Of a DNA stretch of 64,000 nucleotides, positions 1 through 11,742 are shown piece by piece. Under the pieces are notes generated by a model. It saw nothing but the letters and a program-made list of their open reading frames with translations, was not told where the DNA came from and ran no database searches. The position numbers were made by a program, and so were the translations under genes. Positions within the stretch are counted from its first letter, which is position 1, and each line of letters opens with the position of its first letter. This DNA is from Thalia democratica. Its lineage: Eukaryota. The stretch covers positions 25,606,001 to 25,670,000 of the forward strand of contig OZ241834.1 in assembly GCA_965202585.1 (NCBI GenBank), read 5' to 3'.

Positions 1-102
1 TCTACAGTTAAACGTACTAAACAAAAACTTAACGATAATACTAATAATAAACAACAATTGTTTTTGTATGCTTAATATTTTCACACAAAAACTTTCAACT
101 AG

Positions 103-1235
103 CCATCGGATACCTGAAAGTGAGGACAGCATCCGGGTATGACTGCAACTTTTCAATGAGCTCCATCTTCTACAACCAGCACGCTGACACGTGCACCACG
201 GACTACTACAATCTGTTCCTGGTGGGAAAGTCCACGGAAGATCCGTGGTGCGCCACTAAGAGAACCATGGGCGTGTACACTCACTGGGACTGGTGTGAAG
301 GTCGGTGTCGAAAATATTTTAAATTATTAGTTTCATCCAAACTAGTAAAATTAATTGTGTGCTTTTTAATTTTCAAATGCTAGAATGATAAATAGTTCTT
401 AATGTTTAATCGTAACAAGATATACTAAAAATATTTAAATATTTTGATTTTTTTTTTCTAACTAACAATACTATAAAAAAAAATTAATTTAAACAACAAT
501 AAAAGATCTTAAAATGATTAGATCTTTTTTAATAAGTAGTATTTAATAGTAGAGTTCGAAATGCTATTAAAAATTATGATTTTGAAAAGATTCAATTAGA
601 ATTACTTAAAGCATATACAAAAATTTTAGACGTCTTTAAAAATAAAAGTTAGAAACTCACTAAGTTAATTAATTATTTAAAGTTAAATAATAAAGAAATA
701 ATACTGTAGATTACACGTGGAGTCATACAATGTCTGCTTATAAAGGACCAATGACAAAAGAGTATCATTTTAATAAAAACTACATATTAAATAATTACAA
801 CACGGCAAAAGAAGTTTGTAAATCGAGAGGATACGGTTGGGATATTGCTGACTTTGGGTTTATTATCGAAAATGAAAATGTTTCTAATCAAAAACTTTTG
901 AAAAATAAAAAACAAATAGAAAAAATAAGGTAATTTTAAGTTTTTAAATTTTATTAATTAGACAATTTATTTTCATATTATTTGTTAAGTAATTTTTAAA
1001 CAGTCATTAAGAATATATACACAGTTTGTAATTTATTTATAAAAATAAAATTGAATGTTAATTTTTCTGTAGGGAAATATTATACCCTTTGATATCATAC
1101 GAAGATAAATTTTGGGTTCGAAACATAAACAATGAAGAAATGTGCATCAAGTTTAAACACGGATCTTTGAAAATTGGTTCATGCTTCGAACGAACATTTT
1201 TTGTTTGTCAACGAGACTTGATGTTTATGAGTTAA
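103..1235 (+). CDS. FN2-like + C-type lectin-like secreted protein, copy A (3' three exons; signal-peptide exons not found in window, presumably upstream)
   Basis: Exons 103-300 (ag/gt, phase 1-1; IGYLKVRTASGYDCNFSMSSIFYNQHADTCTTDYYNLFLVGKSTEDPWCATKRTMGVYTHWDWCE; FN2-type C..C..WCAT..W.WC pattern), 710-929 (phase 1-2) and 1073-1235 (EILYPLISYEDKFWV..C..C..FVCQRDLMFMS*) splice in frame. Same exon layout and phases as copies B and C. Confidence 0.8.
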
Positions 1236-1481
1236 AAAGTTCAACATTTTTTGACTTTGTTGATATATAAATGTAACAACTATCACTTTTAAATTATAAA
1301 TATTATTTTTTGCTATACACAAAGTTTTAAAAATCTTATAAGATGAAAAAATAGTTTTGTTTCAAATTTAAATTGTTTATTCTGTTAAATATAATTAGGT
1401 TTTCTTGCCTTTTTAAGTAAAGCTTGAGTTAAGTTTTTCTTACTCAAAACTTGTGTTTTAGAAGAATATCTCACCTGAGAT

Positions 1482-1866
1482 CAGGGTTTCCCAAACTGGG
1501 CCAATACAGAAATTTAGAGAGCAGTATGGGGCCAAAGGGGGGCATGAGGTCATAAATTGAAACTTACACTAGATGTTCTGGAGTTGATGATGAAGAGCAA
1601 AAAAAAGTCTTAGGCAATTTTAGTAGTAGTTTTAAAACTTGTACTAGGTATTATGGAAAAAGTTAGGGGGCCACAAGACGGGGGAGTAGTCACACGGCCA
1701 TAGTTTTAAACTTTCACTAAATATTCTGGAGTTGATGATGAAGAGCAAAAATAATAAGGTCTTCGGCAGTTTTAGTGGCATGTTTTGCGAAATCCTGTTG
1801 AAGGGGGCTATAGCTTTTTTAATTTCTCTAAAGGGGGCCTTTTGAAAAAAATTTTGGGAAACCCTG
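1482..1866. mobile_element. hAT-like non-autonomous DNA transposon (MITE)
   Basis: 14-bp TIRs CAGGGTTTCCCAAA / TTTGGGAAACCCTG. Flanking 8-mers CCTGAGAT / CCTTATAT match 6/8 (decayed TSD). Internal direct repeat containing TTCTGGAGTTGATGATGAAGAGCAAAAA twice. No ORF. Confidence 0.75.
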
Positions 1867-4160
1867 CCTTATATAAAGCTTAACAAAATCATATTAAAAA
1901 TATCTACAAATTTTTTGCAGAGTTATATAATTGTTATGCAATTTAAATTTTATAAATATAATGTTATCTCTATTGATTAAAAACAATCAAAATAAAACAA
2001 ATGATAAGTTGTGATTAATAACAGAACGTATTTTTTTCTTAAGAATAAAGTTTTAAACTAGTTTGAAGGCTTTATAATTCTAAGGATTTTATTTAGCGAT
2101 TTTTATACTTAGCTATTAAACTTAATTTTTTATCTTTAAATCTGATACCTTAGCTACAACTATCCAACAAGTAAAAATATAAAATAAATGAGCTTCTACT
2201 ATACGAAAGAAAAATACAAACATCTAGAAAATCAACGTCTATTAAGAAACCATAAAAGACTAAAAGTTTTATCAACTGTGTTTTACAAGTCTGTAAAAAC
2301 CTTTTAATTAGTTATATAAAACATTCAAAAAGTGTAGCAAGTGCATTTATCATTTAGTTGTTCTCTCATCGAACACATAGCATTTAAATTTGTTTTTTTA
2401 TGTTATAATGTTTTGATAATCCACAACAACATTCCATGTTATAGTCAGATAAATAGTATTATCCCTCATAAAATTATTAAATTCAATTAGTAAACTACAT
2501 TGTAGTTTGTTTTGTGAAATCAATTGTTTACTTAAACAGTTGTCAACTTTTTTTTACCACCCTAGGATGTCAAATAAAGAAGTTCAAAATATACTTTTTT
2601 CAATATCACAAACAAACATAACATTTAAATATTTTTTTTCCTCCATATTTAAATGTTTAGTTAAATATTTCAAATAAATTTTAGATATACTTTGGTGAAA
2701 CTTCATACTTTTTATTTTTATAAAATTCAGTTTAGATTAATATTTTAAGTAGCCTTTTTTTATAATGTGATTCTAATAAATTGCTCTTTTCACGTTTAAT
2801 ACCTAAACTATTGTTTTTAAAACACAACCTCAACAGAATAATCATTTAATATTTTGTAAAACTATTTATTTTCTAAAAAGGAGTACAAAATGCATATAAC
2901 TTCCAATTAGAGACTTAAAAATACTTAAGAACTGCCAAAAAAGCATAAACGTTTTTCAAATATTGAATTTTTTTTTGAACTTAGGCTTAACATAGTTCTT
3001 AGAGTCAAATGGTAGTTTAGAACTAGCAAAAAAAGAGTGTTACATTAAAAAAATATATATAGACTTTAATTTCAAAAAAAAAATTAAGATCATAGAGTTT
3101 TAACGCAATTATAAATTGTAAAAGAAGAAGTTACCACAGGTTAAAGACTTTAGTGTTTTCAAATAATGTTTTTACTATTGAAATATAATCAAATGAGGAT
3201 ATTCTACTAGCTTTTATTGATATACTCAATTAAACTCAGTTAAGTTTTTTGCATTAATATGTACTCTAAAAAAAGTAGTATAACAAATTAGTCAAATTAA
3301 GCAGCAAACAATAAACTATAATTGTAAAATAAACCTTCAATAACAAAAGTTCTGAATAATGGTTCAGAAAATTTTTAAAAGTAGTGCATAGTAGATGGTT
3401 AAATAAACGCTAGGTACACGATTAAAGTTCTGAAAATTTAAATTTTGACATTTTAAATCCTGATGATTCTTGCTTAAATATTAATTTGACAGTTTTTACA
3501 GTAAGAAGGTTATCTATTAGAAGTTCTATTACATAATAAATTTCTTAAATATTTTTTGATATATAGCTACAAAAAACTTAAAATTTACAAAAATGTGCCT
3601 ACTATCAGTAATAATGATTTTTTTCTTAATTTTTTTTGAAAAATATTTTACTACAATAATCTTGAGAAGTACACCTCGTACAATGATTTTATTTTAGAAT
3701 TTAAAATGGTTTTATTCTAAATATGGTTTTTTTAAATTTTTATATGAAAATTTGAATCGTCCCTTTTATAAATTGTCATGCTAACAGAAATTTAATGTAT
3801 ACTTTATAATTTAATCTTTTAAAACGAAAATATGGCGAATTGAAAATAGGGTTAAAAAACACTTTTTTATCTTGATTTCAACATTAACCATAAAATTTTA
3901 TGTGCATAAAAAATAATCCTTTTGTGAAAGTTGAAATTTATTGATTATATGATTATATTGATATCATATAGCTTACTAATTTTAAAACACAATAAAAAAC
4001 CTTATTATGGTCTTTAAATATTATTAAGCTACAAACTTTATAAAAACCATAAATATTTATGCAATTAGTTCTACAAAGTAAGCTTTCAAGAGAAACCAAG
4101 TCAAAAATCAAAAACAATTACCTAACACATTTAATTTTTTCTACATATAAGTATAGTTTA

Positions 4161-5237
4161 TTAACAGTCTTTAAGGTTATTTAGTTCTTTGAAAACACTA
4201 TCCACAGTTTCCAATATCTTTTTCTTGTCACTTTCGTGCAAAAGATGATTGAACTTCTGCTGGAACTTGTCCGAGTGCCACAAGGCCATCTGCCTGATAA
4301 TATACTTTCTCCTCACCTTTGCATCGGCTCCTTTCTCCACACCCTTCATTATGACCTCGATCATCTCCTTGAGACTTCCCAAACAAGGCCAAGGGATGTC
4401 GTTGTACTTGAGCTTTTTGTCCTTCACTCCCTTCATATCTTCTAACTTCTGCTTGTACGTTTCGTGTTGCTGCTGCAGTTTGAGCTTCTTCACTGGAATC
4501 AGCTGCATTTCAGGTTTTCTTTCTAATTTCTTTGTTTGCTGTTCATTCAACTTTTGTCTTTTAGTTGGCTCTTGATGCTCTTGTTTGTGGAACTTGTGTT
4601 TCCTTGCGTATTCTTGAGACATGCGCTCCGCCCACTGGTCAAAAGTTTCAACGTCTTCTTTGACATTATCCCAGTATCCATCATTGAACGGGCTTTCAAA
4701 CTTTGAGCATTCAATCTCTATCTCTTCTGCCAATATCTCTTCAAACGTGCGTTTAGTTCCAGCTGATTCTTCTTCAAATTTGCTGGAGTTTGAATCTGTT
4801 GATGAAACATCTTCCAAGCAAAACTTATGATACCTTTCCCTTGCCTTGTTCAAATAGTCCACTGGGGTCTTGCCTTTGTCATTTTTCTCGTCAACTCCAT
4901 CAGGAAAATGCTTGATAAGCGGCTTCAAAAGATCCTCGTGGCACTTATACAGTTTGAAGTTGTCCAGCACGTACTTTGAAGCCAGGTGAGCCGGAAGGTT
5001 TCCTCTGTAATCTCTGATGTCTGAGCTGGCTCTGTGTTTGATCAAGCATCTGACAATCGCGTCGTTTCCTAATGAAGAAGCAATGTGCATGCAGGTTCGT
5101 TTCCGCTTGCCCTTGGTGAGAAAATCAAGGTTGTAATTGATGTTTTTCTTTTCAAGCTTCCTGAGGTAGTGTTTTAATTTGATGAGAGAGCCGCTTTGAA
5201 CAAACCGGAAAACCTTTTGCTGGTCAAAATCCTTCAT
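4161..5237 (-). CDS. NFKBIL1: NF-kappa-B inhibitor-like protein 1 (IkBL) homolog, 358 aa, uninterrupted ORF
   Basis: N-terminal ankyrin repeats (TCMHIASSLGNDAIVRCLI; GNLPAHLA; GKTPVDY), acidic stretch, charged coiled region, and C-terminal IPWP...LWHSDKFQQKF motif typical of NFKBIL1. A splice acceptor (ttttcag) about 19 nt upstream of the ATG implies an upstream exon that was not located. Confidence 0.8.
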   Translation of the reverse strand: MKDFDQQKVFRFVQSGSLIKLKHYLRKLEKKNINYNLDFLTKGKRKRTCMHIASSLGNDAIVRCLIKHRASSDIRDYRGNLPAHLASKYVLDNFKLYKCHEDLLKPLIKHFPDGVDEKNDKGKTPVDYLNKARERYHKFCLEDVSSTDSNSSKFEEESAGTKRTFEEILAEEIEIECSKFESPFNDGYWDNVKEDVETFDQWAERMSQEYARKHKFHKQEHQEPTKRQKLNEQQTKKLERKPEMQLIPVKKLKLQQQHETYKQKLEDMKGVKDKKLKYNDIPWPCLGSLKEMIEVIMKGVEKGADAKVRRKYIIRQMALWHSDKFQQKFNHLLHESDKKKILETVDSVFKELNNLKDC

Positions 5238-7623
5238 GTTATGTAAATATCTTAACCTGAAAATAGTTTAAATGTAAGTAAGATTTAAGTAATGTTAAAT
5301 TATCACTGTTCTTTATTGTAATTGATTGTTTAACTTTTAAACGACAACTGAAACTTAAAACAAAAATATAGCAAAAACTATAGCTTTATTTTTAACATAA
5401 GAAAAATTAAAACATTATTTTTGTTGTACTACTGCAATCTGTAGTATAAGATGTACGAAAACTCATAGAGATTTTATACCTTGTAGTATCATAACAATAA
5501 CAAAGGACTTTGCATCTAAAAGAAAAAATATAATGTTGTAGAAAAAAAGTTGTTTTAAAAGTTAAAAGAGATTTACAAAAAATATCAAAACCAGCCTGAG
5601 TTAAGAAATAGAAAAAGTTTAACAAGCCTGAAGGTTAAAATTTAAAAAAAAATGATTTAGTATGTGATAACATTGTAAAAAACAATCTATTTGAAGATTT
5701 TCAAATGTAAATAATCATGATTAGTACTAAATTTAGAACTAAACTAATTTCTAAGTTAGCAATACTTCTTAATTTGAAATTTTAATTATTATCTGTAAAT
5801 TGTTTTAATTTTTAGTTATTTGTAAAACCCACTTGTAATGCTATTGTTTGTTTAAGGTTAATCATTTAAAACAACTTAAATTTTAATATTTTTTGCTATT
5901 CATGATTCTAATTAAGAATTTAAATAAAATATTTAGATGTCTATTAACTTTGGTCTATTTTTCTAAAATAAAGTTATCATTATTTTTTTCTATTATACCA
6001 CACACTATTTGTATAACAAAATAAACTTAACTTCTTATGAAACTTATTCATTTGCTTTTCAGCACTTTAGAAATGACCTAAACAACTATTAAAACAAATA
6101 AAAAAAGGTAAAATTTGTTTAAAAAAGTTCCTCTGACAAATTTTCCAAATGATTTTCACAGTAAACTTTTAGTGAGATATATTTAAAAGAGCAAAGTTTT
6201 AATTACTTGATTAGTCAGCATATTAAAAGCAGTAATGTAAATATTATTGAAGACTCTGTGTTTAAGTTAAGTTTAAAAGCAAAAGTTTTATAGCAACTTT
6301 TGAATATTAATTTTTTTATAATAAAGTAGGTAATAATTATTTTTAAAAGTATAAGTTGTGTTACTGGTTTGTCTTTTGCTGTTCTTGTACTTGTAGTATT
6401 TAAATTTTCTAAAACATCTAACTTTTTACTACAGTGATGTACATAACTGGAACCAAAATATTTGCATATTATGTGTGCAAATTTATAAAACAAAATTCAC
6501 AAAAATTACAAGTTTTTAGTTTAATATCCAACAAAAAAAAGAGACAAAAACTTTGTTAGTAACTTTCAACACTTTAAAACATATAATAATTATAAAATAC
6601 ATGCTTACTCTTAAACAATTGAGGGCTAAAATTGACTATTTTGATGAATATAATTAAGTGTTACATACAGACAAAACTAGATTTCTCGTTTTTAAAATTG
6701 TTTTTGTTTCTTTTCTGTTCCATGCGTTTCAGAAATTATTTATTTTAAATACAACAAGTTTTTGTTATTTTTAAGTTAAAAATTATTAAAAGCTCCTAAT
6801 AACATTTTATACAATTTTAAAACATCTGATTTTTAAAAAAATTGTTTTATTAAAAAAAAATTATAAACAGGATACAAAATACTCCTTGCTAAAACTTTTT
6901 TAAAAACATGCCACAATGGTTTTCTGTGAAAAAATTTTTAGCTTCTCAAATATATGTGCTCTAGCATATATAATAAAGTATTCTGGTTGAATTTTAGCTT
7001 AATTACCATAAATGCACCCCTGAGTTGAAAAATGAACAGTGTTTTTAAAAGAAAAAAATTTATTAAAATACTTTGAGTTTTCAGATAATGTATTTTATGT
7101 TTTAATGAAAAACATGTATATCAGATAAAGATGTCAAAAACAATAGTCAGATAGCATATTTTATATAAAACATATATGTATTTCAGGTCTTTTAAGGTAA
7201 TTATTGCGGGCTTTAATTTTGAAATATGTTATAGAGCATTTTGAGTAATTTTGAGTTCCCAGAAAATCTGAGGTCTAGAGCTCATAAAAAGTTAATTCTT
7301 ATTCTTCATAAAAATTGCAGACCCATACATTTCTATTAAAAAATTTTTAAAAGTTACTATATATCAAATGTAAATAAAGTGTTTATACTCAATAAAACTT
7401 ACTTATAGTTTATATACGAGTAGTCTTCAACCTTTTTGAAAGCTGTGTAAATTAAAAATCTTTAATTAGGATATGTGTCACAAGGCTATCAAAAATGGAG
7501 CTTGTTATTTAAAAATAACCTTTCTTATGTTTATGGTCTAAATATGTGTTAGTAATTATAAATAACAATTTAAAAATATTAATTCATATTAAAAATATTG
7601 TTTTTTTTTTTAAAACAAAAAAA

Positions 7624-7642
7624 ATATATATATATATATATA
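7624..7642. repeat. (TA)n microsatellite
   Basis: Short run of about 9 TA units. Confidence 0.7.
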
Positions 7643-7828
7643 TCTTACTCTATTTTTGGTGTACTAAAAAAAATATATGCACTAATACATAGATGTCTTC
7701 ACCTACATGCTACTGTACTACTACTTTATATAACACCTTTATATGTTAATTTTTGGAATTGGTAGGTGTCAAAAATGCACAAAGGGATACTTTTGCTTAA
7801 TGGATCAATTTTGTACAAAAACACTATT

Positions 7829-8195
7829 CAGGGTTGCCACTAGTTTTTTCAAAATTTTTCCAGGTTTTTCAAATTTCTTCCAGGTTTTTAAAAGTACTAT
7901 TTTTTAAAAAGGGTCTATTTTTAGTGTAAGTTAAATTTAAGGTAAGAAACTGTGTTCAATAGTATAAAAAGGTTAAAAAGATACTGTAAAGCTACTTAAA
8001 ATATATTTTTTAATAAAAAATTTTTGGTAATGACAATATTTTTTTATCTATATGATAAATTTTTTGATTCAAACCGAAATTTTACTACTGAACATGTTAA
8101 AATTCTTAAAAATTCCAAGTTTTTCCAGGTTTTGTTTTTACCAAAATAGTCAAATTCCAGGTTTTTCCAGGATTCCAGATAAAGTGGCAACCCTG
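7829..8195. mobile_element. Non-autonomous DNA transposon (MITE) with CAGGGTTGCCACT termini
   Basis: Perfect 13-bp TIRs CAGGGTTGCCACT / AGTGGCAACCCTG. Exact 6-bp direct repeat ACTATT on both sides (7823-7828, 8196-8201). Subterminal TTCCAGGTTTTT repeats. Confidence 0.85.
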
Positions 8196-8329
8196 ACTAT
8201 TAAATGGCATCAATTTTGCAGGAGGGATCATTTTTGCACAATTAGTTATAACTAAATCATAATTTATGCTGAATCATTGTAAGATTTTTTTAAATTTCAA
8301 AATATCCTGAGTGTCCAGAGTGAGAGGCA

Positions 8330-8477
8330 GCCCAGATAACAGGTTTTTTTGGTTCATTAGTGATTTTTATTCGAAATTCCAGTTTTATTTTTCAAATTTT
8401 CTCATATTCCTGATATTATTTACCCAAAATGTTAAATTCCAGGTTTTTCCAGAATTCAAAGACTTTTGGCAACCCTG
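8330..8477. mobile_element. Partial copy (right end) of the CAGGGTTGCCA MITE family
   Basis: Ends in AAATTCCAGGTTTTTCCAGAATTC..TGGCAACCCTG, like the 7829-8195 element. Left end not recognisable; start approximate. Confidence 0.55.
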
Positions 8478-8725
8478 TTAAAAGATTTTAGCTTTGGTAG
8501 TATTAAAATAACTTCAATAGATTAAATAAACTTATAGTTGAAGTGAGAAGTTTGAAAATATGTAATTAATTTTGTGGTTGATAAAGCAGTAGTAGTTGAA
8601 ATTACATCATCAGTTTTTAATAAACACATTAAAATAAGAACTTAAAAAACCATTTAAAATGATTAATTATCAAAATACTAAAGTATAAGCTATTTTTGCA
8701 TGTGTTAGAGATTGAAGGGCATATA

Positions 8726-9316
8726 GGGGTTACCACCTTTTTCACAATTTTTTTCTTATTTTATAGAGTTTTAACTAAGCTTTAAGCTGTTTTTTACAGA
8801 TATTTAAAATTCAAAGTAATTTTTGAAATATAGCAGGTCATTAGGAAGCAACAATAGGTTCCTTATGATAGGTGCAAACTAAAATGGCAAATAACTACAA
8901 ATCACTAAAATTTAATCTTCTCCTACGCTTTTTGAGACAAATACCTCAAACTTTCAGGAAGTGTTCCTTGGAATATTTAGAAAATACTGTTGGATCAAAA
9001 TTTAAAAATAAATAAATAAAAATTCTACAACAAAAAAAACAAAAAACTGATTGAAATCTATGCGACAGAATTTTTTAAATGTTGCAAAAAAAATTTTATA
9101 AAAGTTTGAGGCATTTATCTCAAAAAATGTAGGAGAAGATAGATTTTTAGTGAAATAGTCTTTTTTTGCGGTTTTAGTTTGTGCTTCCCATAAGGAACCA
9201 ATTGTTGCCTCGACTTTGACCTTTTATATCTCAAAAATTTGTAATAGCATCTTGTAGCTTAGTTAAAACTCTATAAAACAAGATCAAACTGTGAAAAAAG
9301 TGATAACTTCCCCCCC
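8726..9316. mobile_element. Long-TIR foldback-type non-autonomous DNA transposon
   Basis: Arms 8726-8954 and 9101-9316 are imperfect inverted repeats over about 220 bp (e.g. TTTTATAGAGTTTTAACTAAGCT / AGCTTAGTTAAAACTCTATAAAA; CTTCTCCTAC / GTAGGAGAAG). GGGG...CCCC termini flanked by TATA on both sides. Confidence 0.8.
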
Positions 9317-9407
9317 TATAACCTGAATATAACTTTGTGAAGTACCAATGTTTTTATTAAGTAATAGTTTATTTCTGTCTTTGCATCTTATACTCAGAAA
9401 CTACCAT

Positions 9408-9947
9408 TAGGGTGTTTATTGGTTTTTAGCAAATTTTCTCAAGGTTTTTCAAAATTTCTTCCAGTTTTTCAAAGTTTCTTTCAGGTTATTGAAAATTCTT
9501 CCAGGTTTTCAACATTTTTTCCAGGTTTTTCAGAACTTCTTCCAAATTTTCAAAATTCCTTTCATGTTTTCAAAAATTTTTCCAGGTTTGAATATAATTT
9601 TGAAAATACATCCTTTTTTGACCATTTTTAATAGTAAATTAATCCTAATTCAGAAAAGGTGTTATTTGATATATTTAAAGTACTTAAACAATACATTATT
9701 ACTAATATTTAATGTTTGTTTTATTCTAATGCAACCTGTAGTGTTATTTTGAATCAATTTTGTCTATATGATAAATTTTTAGTTTCAAATCAAAATTTTA
9801 TTACTCTATATGAAAAAATTGGTTAAAATTCCAGGTTTTTTAATGATTTTTGTTGAAAGTTCTAGGTTTTACCAGGTTTTTTTATTTAATTCACAAATTC
9901 TAGGTTTTCCATGTTTTTCCATGATTCCAGGTTTTGTTGCAACCCTG
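9408..9947. mobile_element. Older copy of the CAGGGTTGC MITE family with expanded ~20-bp subrepeat
   Basis: Right end TTGCAACCCTG; degenerate left end TAGGGTG; many tandem TTTTCCAGGTTTTTCAAAA-like units at 9420-9600 and 9830-9935. Confidence 0.65.
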
Positions 9948-11566
9948 TTTAATTACATATTTTAATACATTTTTGATTAAAATAGTTTTTTTTTTATCAT
10001 TATAAACTTTATGCAGCCTGCATGCAATATTTAATAAAAAAAAGCTGAGAACCTTTAGTTTATTAAAAAACAACAAAAAAATTACTCAAAAAGTTAGGTC
10101 ACAAAGAAAACACTGGATGCTCTTGCCCTTGACCTAACTTAACAATTTACCTTTGTTAACAATTATAAAAAACTGGAACAAAATTGTCAGATATACAATG
10201 ATGCACATAGTTAAAATTACATTTAAACACTTTGAAAATTTCAGGGTATTGTTTGAAACTTGTTGAAATTTCCTGGGTATTCAATCACTTTTGGAAAATA
10301 TTCTAATTGCATAAATCCATCAACTTCCCTACCCCTAATATTTCAAATTCAACAACTTCTAATGATATTCTTTATTTATTCATTTAATTGCATATATGTT
10401 CAATTAAAAAATTTCCTTCCAACAAGATTTATTGTTAGTTTTATAATGATTCAATATTGAGAAACACATGACTTGTTTATTGTTTGACTTAGTGTCTAGT
10501 ATATTTTCTCCAAACTTTCATTTTAGCAAATTTTGTAAAAATAGATATCAAAACTATTATACCTAAACTCAAATATGTGTAAAACGATTTAATGTTTTTA
10601 GTTAGTTTATAAACCTTTTATCTATCTTAACGAATACCTAACGTTTTTAGATACATAATTGAAATTTTATGAAAGTTTTATTTCAAAATTAATCAATTAT
10701 ATAATAATTTAAAAAAATTATCTAGGTTTGTTCTTTTAGAAGTTTTAGATATTTTATTATTTAACTTTATTTTATTTTTATCTTGATTTTACTTTTTATC
10801 AAAAACATATTTTAGACAAATATTTTTTCAAACGCCATTGAAACTATAAGAATAGATTAAGCTTAAATTTTACCGACATTTTTCATAAACACAACAAATT
10901 TGCTTAGTAATTTCAAAACTGTTACTTAAAAATAACGAAAATCAAAGAACTATGATATCTTTGTGTTTTTCATATTCATGTGAACTACAACATTTTTTTT
11001 TTTTTTTAATTTCAATTAAATAGTTAGAATAATAATGTGTTTAGTTTTATTTTGACAAACAATTTTCAATTAATTAGTCAAAACTAAAGTTGTTATATAA
11101 AGTAGTAATTGTTATCAGTAGTCTTTACTTTACGGTCTGAGTAAATTCAACTTACTTAAAGGACATATGTTTCAGTAATGTGAAAATATATTAATAAAGC
11201 TTAACTTATTTTCCTTTTAAGAAATGCTATTTATATTATATATTCAGCTTTGGTCCCTTATGTATGTATTAAAGCGCTCAAAAATAAAAAGTATTATGAT
11301 TTAATAACATTTTTGTAGTCTAGCTAAAATGTACACACTAACTTAGTGCCCGCAGCTTTTGTAATAAAAACTGATAACCACTTTCTACAATCGGTTTAGC
11401 TTTTTAGAGCTTACTTTACTAGCCATATTTCTGTTTTTTTGTTTTTTTGCTTTATCGTAACTTATTGTATTATTATTAAAGAAAGCTTTGAAATTTGAAT
11501 AGTTTCTAATCAGGTTAAACAAAAAGTTTTAAGTAAGTAAAAAAAAATTATTAAAAAATTATTGAC

Positions 11567-11742
11567 CTTGGTTTCCTAAACTCATTTCTACAAGCGCCCC
11601 CTTTTCAGAAAATTTAAAAATAATCGCCCCCTTAAATGTGAGTTTCGAGTCTCTCGCAAAAAGTACTTAAGTACCCCTTCGGCCCCTTTGCAGCTCTCTG
11701 ACTTGCTAATATGGCCACAAGAGGATTTGCTTAGTAACCCTG
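11567..11742. mobile_element. Degenerate short hAT-like MITE
   Basis: GC-richer island with termini CTTGGTTTCCTAAAC / GCTTAGTAACCCTG resembling the 1482 element, and internal CGCCCCC motifs. TSD not convincing. Confidence 0.4.

Noticed and set aside
9419-9752. Phe/Ser-rich ORFs at 9419-9631 and 9489-9752
   Set aside because: Translations of the TTCCAGGTTTTT MITE subrepeat.
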